This document shows positions 8,692-16,921 of a stretch of DNA of 64,000 bases, in pieces. Below the pieces are notes generated by a model. The model saw only the letters and a program-made list of their open reading frames with translations, had not been told where the DNA came from and ran no database searches. Position 1 is the first letter of the stretch. Each line of letters starts with the position of its first letter. This DNA is from an uncultured Bacteroidales bacterium (GTDB lineage: Bacteria; Bacteroidota; Bacteroidia; Bacteroidales; GWA2-32-17): positions 2,445 through 66,444 of the forward strand of contig CAYSIN010000004.1 in NCBI GenBank assembly GCA_964431135.1, in the 5' to 3' direction. The translations under genes and the position numbers were made by a program.

Positions 8692-11600
8692 ATGAAAAAA
8701 TATACGTTATTATTATTTTTTTTAATTCTGTTTGGAATACAGTCTGTATTTCCTCAATGTACCAACTGTGATAACAATTATCCAACGGGTTTGCAAACCA
8801 TATCACCGGGTCAAACATTAACTGCTGCCACATGTGCTTATGGTGGCGAATATGCATATTACAGTGTTACTTCGGGTGTTACCTATACATGGTCCACTTG
8901 TGGTGACAGCGATTTTGATACACAATTAACCTTATTTCAAGGAGGGACATGCGGAGGTGGAACGGTACTGGGGTATAATGATGACGGATGTTCTACTCAA
9001 TCTACTATAACATGGACAGCAACCTTTACAGGAACGGTAACAGTATTAGTAAGCCAGTATAATTGTGCAAATAATTCTACTTGTATGACGGTTAACTGGA
9101 GTGCTACGGGTGGTGGAGGTGGAGGTGGTGGTGGAGCAGATTGTGCCAATGCCGACCCTTTTTGTACAGGTACTACCTATAACTTTCCCATGCAAACCGA
9201 TAATGGTTCAGCGGAGGCTGGTCCACAATATGGGTGTTTGTGTACACAACCCAATCCCGTTTGGTATTATTTGCGTATTTCCAATTCAGGACCTATCGGA
9301 ATCACTATTTCAAGTACGTGTGGTGATATAGATTATGCTGCATGGGGGCCTTTCCCTTCTTTAACTTGTGCATCTTCTGACCTTACCAGTATAAACACAG
9401 TTTGTGGCGGAAATTATTCAGCTCCCAGTGGCAATATGGTTGATTGTGCATACAGTACAGCCGCAACTGAAATATTAACTATTTCTAATGCATTGGTGGG
9501 TCAATATTATTTATTATGTATTACTAATTTTGCCAATTGTGTAGGAAATTGTGTATTCTCGCAGACAAGTGGTACGGGTGCTACCGATTGCAGTATAGTA
9601 ACATGTACTATTTCCAGCCTTACGGCTACTCCTTCGGCATGTAATCCAAGCACCAATACCTATTCTGTCAGTGGAACTATTGTGTTTAACGGCCAACCTA
9701 CTACGGGTACGTTAGTAATTACTGATAATGCAGGAAACAGTCAAACGTTTAATGCACCCTTTATCAGTCCGATAACATATACCATAACTGGAATTACAGC
9801 CAATGGTGCAGCCCATACTATTACAGCACAATTCAGTAATGCTCCTTCCTGCAATTTTACTATTAATTATACAGCACCACCAGCTTGTAATACATGTACA
9901 GCAAATGCCGGTTCCGACCAAACTGTTTGCGGGTTGTCGGGGACTTTAGCAGCAGTGTTAGGTGCAGGCTATCCTACACATTCGTGGTCGCCACAAGCAG
10001 GCATCTCATTTTCCGATGCTACTTCGCCTACAACAACTATTACGGCATCTGCACCCGGTACTTATACACTTACCTGGAACGTTACCAACACCTCAGGTGT
10101 TTCTTGTTCTGACCAAATGGTAATCACCTTTGTACAACCTGTTGCAGGATTTACATATAATGGTAATCAATGTCTTACGGGAAACAGTTTTAATTTTACC
10201 AATACTGGAACTTCTTCCGGTGCAACCTATTCATGGTCATTTCCCAGTGGAACTCCTTCCTCTTCAACTTCGCAAAACCCCTCAGGCATAACATGGTCTT
10301 CGCCAGGTGCCTATACAGTAACACAAACAGTAACCATAGGCTCTTGTGTTGCAACTTATACACAAACGATTACTGTTTACCCAAATCCCACGGTAACCAT
10401 CACCCCTACAAATGTTTTGTGTTTTGGTGCTTGTAATGGAAGTGCTATTGCTTCCGGCTCAGGTGGAAGCGGTTCATATTCCTATAACTGGTCTTCCGGG
10501 CAAAACACTGCAAGTATTACAGGGTTATGTCCCAATACTTATACTGTAACCGTAACAGATGCGTATGGCTGTAAGGGAACTAATTCTGTAACCATTACAC
10601 AACCAACCGCATTAAACCTGGTACCTACACGCACTAATCCTACCTGTAATGGACTTTGTAATGGAACAGCCAGTGTTGCCGTATCGGGAGGTATAGGACC
10701 ATTCAGTTATCTTTGGAGTAATTTGGGTACTTCTTCTACAATTAGTGGATTATGTGCTGGTACTTACACAGTAACGGTTACAGATAATGCATCACCAGGC
10801 TGTACACAAACGGCTAATGCAATTTTAACAGACCCACCGGCAATGGTATTAAGTACTTCAAAAACCGATGCCACCTGCGGAGCCAATAATGGTTCTGCTA
10901 CAGTAACGATTACTTCTGGCGGTTCTCCAAATTTCAGTTATACTTGGTCTAACGGTTCGACTACCAATAATACGGCTGCCACAACCAATACTATTACTAG
11001 TATTGGAGCCGGTTCTTATACAGTAACGGTAACGGATGCCAATGGTTGCTCTAAAACTATTACTGTAAGCGTTGGAAGCACAGGTGCACCTACGATTACT
11101 ATTACATCAAGTACAAATCCTTTGTGCAATGGACAATGCAACGGTAGTGTTACGGTGTCATTAGGTGGAACATTAAATCCTCCGTACAGTTATTTATGGT
11201 CTAATGGAGTAAATATCAGTGGAACAACTTCTACAACCAATACCAACAATACCCTTTGTAATGGCACAGCGTCAGTTACTGTTACGGATAATCTTGGCTG
11301 TAATGCGGTAACGAGTGTTAATATGATACAACCAACATCAGTAACGGCTGTTACGTCAGTGGTTAGTGCACATTGTAACCACAACGACGGTTCAGCCACG
11401 GTTACAGCAGGAGGAGGAACACCGGGATATACCTATTTATGGAGTGTTTCGGCAGGAAGCCAAACTACAGCAACTGCCAACAATCTGACACCCGGGACAT
11501 ATTCTGTTACTGTAACCGATACTCAAGGATGCACAAACATAACCAATGCAACAGTAACAAATCTTTCGGGTGTTGTTGCTTCTATTTCGGGACAAACCAA

Positions 11601-14600
11601 TGTTACCTGTAATGGAGGCACCAACGGAACGGCTACCGCCTCTGGAAGTGGTGGAAGTGTACCTTATTCGTACTTATGGAGTGCTTCAGCAGGAAGTCAA
11701 ACGACACCAACGGCTGTCGGCTTGTCCGCAGGTTCTTTTTCTGTTACTGTTACTGATGCCAATGGATGTACTTCTACGGCAAATGTTACCATAACTCAAC
11801 CTACTACGGTAACAGCGAACATTTCAGGTTTTACACCTGCTCTATGTAACGGCGCCTGTAATGGAACTGCTACAGTTGTAGGCGGCGGTGGAACATCACC
11901 CTATACCTATACATGGTCAAATACACAAACAAGTACTACGGCTACCGGTTTATGTGCTAGCACTTATAATGTAACAGTAAAGGATGCAAACAATTGCTCC
12001 GCAATTACTTCCATAACTATTACACAGCCTACGGTGCTAACCGCTTCAGCAAGTTCTACTTCTGCTCATTGTGGTCACAGCGATGGAAGTGCCTCTTCTT
12101 CTGCCACAGGTGGCACATCACCTTACAGTTTTGTATGGAGCAGTGGTCAACTTACACAAAATATTACCGGTATTTTACCGGGTACTTATATCGTAACCGC
12201 AACCGATGCCAACGGTTGTACTGCTGTTGCCAATACTGTAGTAGGGAATTTACCAGGCGGTACAGCCTCTATTGTTACTATAAATTATACTACATGTAAT
12301 GGCTCTTGCGATGGTTCAACTTCCATTTCCATGTCGGGTGGAACCACTCCTTATACATATTTATGGTCCAATGGAGCCAACACACCCTCCATTTCGGGTT
12401 TATGTGAAGCCATATACAGAGTAACGATTACGGATGCATCTGGTTGCACGGTGGTTGATTCTGTTGATATTAAATCTCCCACTCCTATATCATTAACTTT
12501 TGCCGTAAACGATATTCATTGTTTTGGACAATGTAATGGAAAGATTACAGTAACACCGTCTGGTGGAACATCACCCTATACTTATGCGTGGAGTAATACG
12601 TGTGCACTTCCTATAGATTCTAATCTATGCAGTGGGAATTATACGGTTACTGTAACCGACAGCCATGGATGTACCAATACAGGAAGTCGAACTATAAGTA
12701 CTATACCTCCCATGTCATTATCGGCTGTTTCTACCGATGCCAATTGTAATCAATCAAACGGCGCTCTCGATTTAACGGTTACCAATGGTGCAGCACCATT
12801 TACCTATCAATGGTCAAATAGTCAAACAACGGAAGACTTGTCAAACATACCTGCGGGCGTTTATAGTGTTACTGTTGCCGATATAAAAGGATGTACTGTT
12901 ACTGGAACATATACTGTTGCAAATATTAATGGTCCATCATCCAGCATTTCTTCTGTTACCCATGTCAGTTGTAATGGATTTTGCGATGGAATTGCAGTTG
13001 GCCAGGTTACCGGTGGCACTCCACCATTTTTATATTCATGGAGTAATGGTCAGATTGCTCAAACAGCAACGGGATTATGTCCAGGAACATACACGTTTAG
13101 TGTAACCGATGGTGCAGGGTGTGTATCCACCTCTCATGTAACCATAACCCAACCTACTGCGTTAAATATATTAACTATTTCTGGTACCAATCCTTCTTGC
13201 AATGGCGATTGTAATGGTACTGTTTCGGTTAGTGTAGGAGGTGGAACTACCCCTTATACTTATCAATGGACAGGTGGAAGCCCCTTCGGAGGATTAACTC
13301 CGACTGCAGCAACAACTAATGGAATTTGTAATGGTGTACTCACTGTTACTGTTACCGATGCACATGGCTGTACAGTCAATGGTTCAACGGGTGTAGTAGA
13401 GCCTGCTATATTATCCCTTGTTCCCAGTTCAACATCTGAATCATGTTCAGGAGCCAATGATGGAAGTGCCTCTGTTACACCAGCAGGAGGTACAATCCCT
13501 TATACATATCAGTGGTCTGCCAATACAGGTGGGCAGACATCATCTACTGCTCATAATCTGGGTGCAGGAAATTACTCTTGTACGGTTACGGATGCACATG
13601 GATGCACGGTTAACATTCCTGTCGCTGTTACAGGACCCAATCCCTTGGTTTTTTCTAATATAACCAGTACCGATATTCCATGCTATATGGCTAATAATGG
13701 AACTATCTCTGTAAATATCAGTGGTGGTACTCCGCCATATACTTACTATTGGACCAATTCTATTGGTACTTTTTCTTCCTCAAACCAAAATATTGGTAAT
13801 TTACCAGCAGAAACTTATTTCCTAACCGTTACTGATTCGCATGGTTGTTTTATTACTACTACTGTTGTTATTAATCAACCACCTGCATTAACGTTAAATA
13901 CTATTAAAACAGATGAAACATGTTATCAATTTTGTAATGGAACCATTCAGGCAAATGTAAATGGTGGACAAATTCCCTATACCTATTTATGGACGAACAG
14001 TCAAACAACCCCTTCACTTCAAAATCTATGTCCTGGAAATTACGGCATAACTGTTACCGACTATAACGGGTGTACCGTTTCTTCCAACGTTACCATTACA
14101 GGTCCGCCCTTATTACAAATAGATGTAGTCAGTGTTGTCCCTGCAACATGCGGACAATCTAACGGAGAAGCGACTATTAGTTTTCAGGGTGGAACCACAG
14201 GTTATAGCATTCAATGGTCAACAGGTGGAAATACTGTTCATGAAACAGGCATGCCAGCGGGCAATCATACAGTAACTTTAATTGACCAAAATGGCTGCGT
14301 AGCAACTCAACAAGTCGCCATTCAAAATCTGAACGGTCCATCCATAACTTCAATTACAGCAACACCTGTTTCCTGTGCAGGATATGCCGATGGTGTTGCC
14401 ATAGTAAGTTATACACCATCAAGCCCCCCAGCACCGCCTTATATAAGCACATGGAGCAATTCCATGACGGGTGATACCATAACAGGATTAGCCGGTGGAG
14501 TATATTATGTTACAGTACAAGATGCCGTGGGTTGTGTAACTGCTGGAAGTGTTGTAGTTCAAGAACCAACAGCATTTGTCTCTGTCGTATCAAGTACTAC

Positions 14601-16845
14601 TCATAATCACTGTTATGGAGAATGTATAGGAACAGCCAGTATATTAGCAGGAGGAGGCACACCGCCTTATACATATTCATGGTTAGGTATTGGACAAACA
14701 ACTTCAAACGCTACCAACTTGTGTGCAGGAACATATTCTGTAGTTGCTTTGGATAGTAGAGGTTGTAGCAGTACAAATACAGTGGTCATTAATGAACCAC
14801 CTGCCATTGTAGTAAATGGCACTGTAACTGATGTTATATGCAGCGGTGGCAGCAGCGGTGCTATTTCTGTTACAGTGAGTGGAGGTACACCGGTATATCA
14901 ATATGTATGGCAACCCCCTGCTTATGGAACAACTTCCAATGTTGCCAATTTACCCTCTGGTACCTATTCGGTTATTGTTACCGATAGTTGGAACTGTACT
15001 ACCCAAGCAAGTTTTACTATCAATCAGCCAGACCCAATATTAGTTTATACAAGTTCTACTCCTTCACATTGTGGTAGTAATAATGGCACAGCGACTATTG
15101 ATTCTGTAACCGGTGGTATTCCTACTTATACCTATTTATGGTCGCCCGGTAATATGAATACGACAACCGTTACCGATTTAGCAAGTGGCATTTATCAATT
15201 AATAACTACAGATGCCAATGGCTGTACTGTTATAACACCCGTACCTGTGGGTGAAATTTATCCCCCCAATCAAATTACATTCACACATACCAACGCCTTG
15301 TGTTATGGTAGTTTTGACGGTTCAGCAACAGCTACTGTAGCCGGTGGATTATCTCCTTATACATTCCAGTGGAGTGATGGTCAAACCACACCCACAGCTA
15401 CCAATCTCGGTGCAGGAACTTATACAGTAACTGTTACCGATGACAACGGTTGTACTATTGCCAATTCAGTTATTATTTCTGAACCCAATCCTGTTATAGC
15501 CATTGCCAATGGCAGTGATACTATTTGTATGGGGAATTACAGTGTTAATATTACAGCCAATGCAACAGGTGGCACACCTCCCTATTCATTTCTGTGGAGT
15601 GGTCCCAATTTATCTACTCCCACCTCACAAGTACAACTTGTATCGCCAGATACAACCACCAATTATTTTGTGAATGTATATGATGCTAATGGATGTGCCT
15701 CTTCTTCCCCAGCCAGCGTAATGGTTTACGTATATCCTCCTATAACAGTAAGTATTTCAAATGATGTGGATATTTGTAAAGGCGATTCTTATTCCATAAA
15801 TGTAACCGCACAAGGAGGTAAACCCCCATACTCCTACATTTGGAACATAGGCACAGGCAATCCCAATGTGGTTTCACCTATGGATACAACAACCTATATT
15901 GTACAAGTACATGATGCCTGTGGTACACCACCTGCCATTGATTCGATGATTATTTTTGTTCAAATGCCACCAAGTATTGTAAGAGGTCCTGTTTCGCAAA
16001 AAGGATGTGTTCCTTTATTGGCAACTTTTGATTGCATGGTTGACCCGCCCTATCCGGCACCTGCTTACTTATGGAATTTTGGTGACCCAAGTTCAGGCAT
16101 GTTAAATACTTCTACCGACAGTGTTTCTTCTCACTATTACAACTTATCTGGAAATTACAATGTGACGTTGACACTCACATCTGCTTATGGTTGTAAAACT
16201 ATTCAAACGTATTATGATTTAATTCAAGTGTATCCCTTCCCTGTGGTAGATTTTACTTATAATCCTACTGAAAATCTAACCCCCATTAATGGCGATGTAA
16301 ATTTCTCGGCTCAAACAGAATCAAACTGTCAACTTGTTTGGCAATTTGGTGATGGTGCTACGGCAGCAGGCGTGTTAAACCCATTGCATACCTATACGCA
16401 ACCGGGCGTTTATCCTGTATTACTTATTGCTCGAAACAGTGAAGGCTGTGCCGATACAGCGTTGCATTATATTAAAATCAATGAAATATACACATTGTGG
16501 GTACCAACAGCATTTACTCCGTGTAGTGGAAAAGGCAATGGATATTTTTATCCGCGAGGCTTAGGGATTGATTCGAGTGATTACTATTTAGCCATTTTTG
16601 ACCGATGGGGGCAATTGGTTTTTGAAACACACATACTTCCACCTGCTACTAATTTAACGCCTACCGAAACCATTTCCATGTCTTTATCACAACTCAACTG
16701 GGAACCCGGTGGTTGGAATGGCGGATATAAGAATGACCTCTCCAAAATAGTTCCTGTGGGTACTTATACATGGTATGTTAGAGTTAAAGAAAAAGATACC
16801 GGTTATATTCACGAAAAAACAGGACCAGTAACCGTTATTAGATAA
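8692..16845 (+). CDS. Giant cell-surface adhesin (2717 aa) with SprB-type repeats, PKD domains and a T9SS type B C-terminal sorting domain
   Basis: It has a signal peptide followed by a Cys-rich N-terminal module ending in a Gly9 tract. About 22 canonical ~77-aa repeats follow, of the form CNGxCNG...GGxxPYxYxWS...GxYxVTVTDxxGC. Two PKD motifs (WNFGDP, WQFGDG) and a CTD follow (VPTAFTP...FDRWGQLVFE...GTYTWYV...GPVTVIR). Confidence 0.92.
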   Translation: MKKYTLLLFFLILFGIQSVFPQCTNCDNNYPTGLQTISPGQTLTAATCAYGGEYAYYSVTSGVTYTWSTCGDSDFDTQLTLFQGGTCGGGTVLGYNDDGCSTQSTITWTATFTGTVTVLVSQYNCANNSTCMTVNWSATGGGGGGGGGADCANADPFCTGTTYNFPMQTDNGSAEAGPQYGCLCTQPNPVWYYLRISNSGPIGITISSTCGDIDYAAWGPFPSLTCASSDLTSINTVCGGNYSAPSGNMVDCAYSTAATEILTISNALVGQYYLLCITNFANCVGNCVFSQTSGTGATDCSIVTCTISSLTATPSACNPSTNTYSVSGTIVFNGQPTTGTLVITDNAGNSQTFNAPFISPITYTITGITANGAAHTITAQFSNAPSCNFTINYTAPPACNTCTANAGSDQTVCGLSGTLAAVLGAGYPTHSWSPQAGISFSDATSPTTTITASAPGTYTLTWNVTNTSGVSCSDQMVITFVQPVAGFTYNGNQCLTGNSFNFTNTGTSSGATYSWSFPSGTPSSSTSQNPSGITWSSPGAYTVTQTVTIGSCVATYTQTITVYPNPTVTITPTNVLCFGACNGSAIASGSGGSGSYSYNWSSGQNTASITGLCPNTYTVTVTDAYGCKGTNSVTITQPTALNLVPTRTNPTCNGLCNGTASVAVSGGIGPFSYLWSNLGTSSTISGLCAGTYTVTVTDNASPGCTQTANAILTDPPAMVLSTSKTDATCGANNGSATVTITSGGSPNFSYTWSNGSTTNNTAATTNTITSIGAGSYTVTVTDANGCSKTITVSVGSTGAPTITITSSTNPLCNGQCNGSVTVSLGGTLNPPYSYLWSNGVNISGTTSTTNTNNTLCNGTASVTVTDNLGCNAVTSVNMIQPTSVTAVTSVVSAHCNHNDGSATVTAGGGTPGYTYLWSVSAGSQTTATANNLTPGTYSVTVTDTQGCTNITNATVTNLSGVVASISGQTNVTCNGGTNGTATASGSGGSVPYSYLWSASAGSQTTPTAVGLSAGSFSVTVTDANGCTSTANVTITQPTTVTANISGFTPALCNGACNGTATVVGGGGTSPYTYTWSNTQTSTTATGLCASTYNVTVKDANNCSAITSITITQPTVLTASASSTSAHCGHSDGSASSSATGGTSPYSFVWSSGQLTQNITGILPGTYIVTATDANGCTAVANTVVGNLPGGTASIVTINYTTCNGSCDGSTSISMSGGTTPYTYLWSNGANTPSISGLCEAIYRVTITDASGCTVVDSVDIKSPTPISLTFAVNDIHCFGQCNGKITVTPSGGTSPYTYAWSNTCALPIDSNLCSGNYTVTVTDSHGCTNTGSRTISTIPPMSLSAVSTDANCNQSNGALDLTVTNGAAPFTYQWSNSQTTEDLSNIPAGVYSVTVADIKGCTVTGTYTVANINGPSSSISSVTHVSCNGFCDGIAVGQVTGGTPPFLYSWSNGQIAQTATGLCPGTYTFSVTDGAGCVSTSHVTITQPTALNILTISGTNPSCNGDCNGTVSVSVGGGTTPYTYQWTGGSPFGGLTPTAATTNGICNGVLTVTVTDAHGCTVNGSTGVVEPAILSLVPSSTSESCSGANDGSASVTPAGGTIPYTYQWSANTGGQTSSTAHNLGAGNYSCTVTDAHGCTVNIPVAVTGPNPLVFSNITSTDIPCYMANNGTISVNISGGTPPYTYYWTNSIGTFSSSNQNIGNLPAETYFLTVTDSHGCFITTTVVINQPPALTLNTIKTDETCYQFCNGTIQANVNGGQIPYTYLWTNSQTTPSLQNLCPGNYGITVTDYNGCTVSSNVTITGPPLLQIDVVSVVPATCGQSNGEATISFQGGTTGYSIQWSTGGNTVHETGMPAGNHTVTLIDQNGCVATQQVAIQNLNGPSITSITATPVSCAGYADGVAIVSYTPSSPPAPPYISTWSNSMTGDTITGLAGGVYYVTVQDAVGCVTAGSVVVQEPTAFVSVVSSTTHNHCYGECIGTASILAGGGTPPYTYSWLGIGQTTSNATNLCAGTYSVVALDSRGCSSTNTVVINEPPAIVVNGTVTDVICSGGSSGAISVTVSGGTPVYQYVWQPPAYGTTSNVANLPSGTYSVIVTDSWNCTTQASFTINQPDPILVYTSSTPSHCGSNNGTATIDSVTGGIPTYTYLWSPGNMNTTTVTDLASGIYQLITTDANGCTVITPVPVGEIYPPNQITFTHTNALCYGSFDGSATATVAGGLSPYTFQWSDGQTTPTATNLGAGTYTVTVTDDNGCTIANSVIISEPNPVIAIANGSDTICMGNYSVNITANATGGTPPYSFLWSGPNLSTPTSQVQLVSPDTTTNYFVNVYDANGCASSSPASVMVYVYPPITVSISNDVDICKGDSYSINVTAQGGKPPYSYIWNIGTGNPNVVSPMDTTTYIVQVHDACGTPPAIDSMIIFVQMPPSIVRGPVSQKGCVPLLATFDCMVDPPYPAPAYLWNFGDPSSGMLNTSTDSVSSHYYNLSGNYNVTLTLTSAYGCKTIQTYYDLIQVYPFPVVDFTYNPTENLTPINGDVNFSAQTESNCQLVWQFGDGATAAGVLNPLHTYTQPGVYPVLLIARNSEGCADTALHYIKINEIYTLWVPTAFTPCSGKGNGYFYPRGLGIDSSDYYLAIFDRWGQLVFETHILPPATNLTPTETISMSLSQLNWEPGGWNGGYKNDLSKIVPVGTYTWYVRVKEKDTGYIHEKTGPVTVIR
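10381..15972 (+). repeat. In-frame tandem array of ~232-nt coding repeats (SprB-type) inside the giant adhesin gene
   Basis: There are 22 canonical units (10381-15495) plus 2 divergent units. The repeats are diverged at the DNA level and conserved at the motif level. Confidence 0.85.
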
Positions 16846-16898
16846 TATTTTCTTTCCAACACGAAGAAAGTTATTTTCCCTTTCATCAAAAAGATTTG

Positions 16899-16906
16899 TA
16901 ATTTTG
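16899..16906 (+). promoter_or_regulatory. Candidate -7 promoter box (TAATTTTG) for mutS
   Basis: It matches TAnnTTTG 15 nt upstream of the mutS ATG, which implies a very short leader. Confidence 0.3.
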
Positions 16907-16921
16907 ATGTTTTAAAATAAC

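Noticed and set aside
9106-9132. The (GGT/GGA)9 run encoding Gly9 was considered as a slipped-strand phase-variation switch.
   Set aside because: The run is an imperfect trinucleotide repeat, so slippage would stay in frame. At most it would change linker length, not switch expression.
9101-14913. Multiple 60-100-aa ORFs lie in alternative frames and on the antisense strand inside the giant adhesin gene.
   Set aside because: All are nested in a continuous 8.15 kb ORF with strong repeat and domain signatures. Their products are Cys/Arg/Tyr-rich nonsense typical of out-of-frame translation of G/T/S/N-rich codons.
10381-15972. Regularly spaced ~232-nt DNA repeats could be mistaken for a CRISPR-like or satellite array.
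   Set aside because: The repeats are contiguous, in-frame and protein-coding (SprB-type units). There are no short identical direct repeats separated by unique spacers, and no cas genes.
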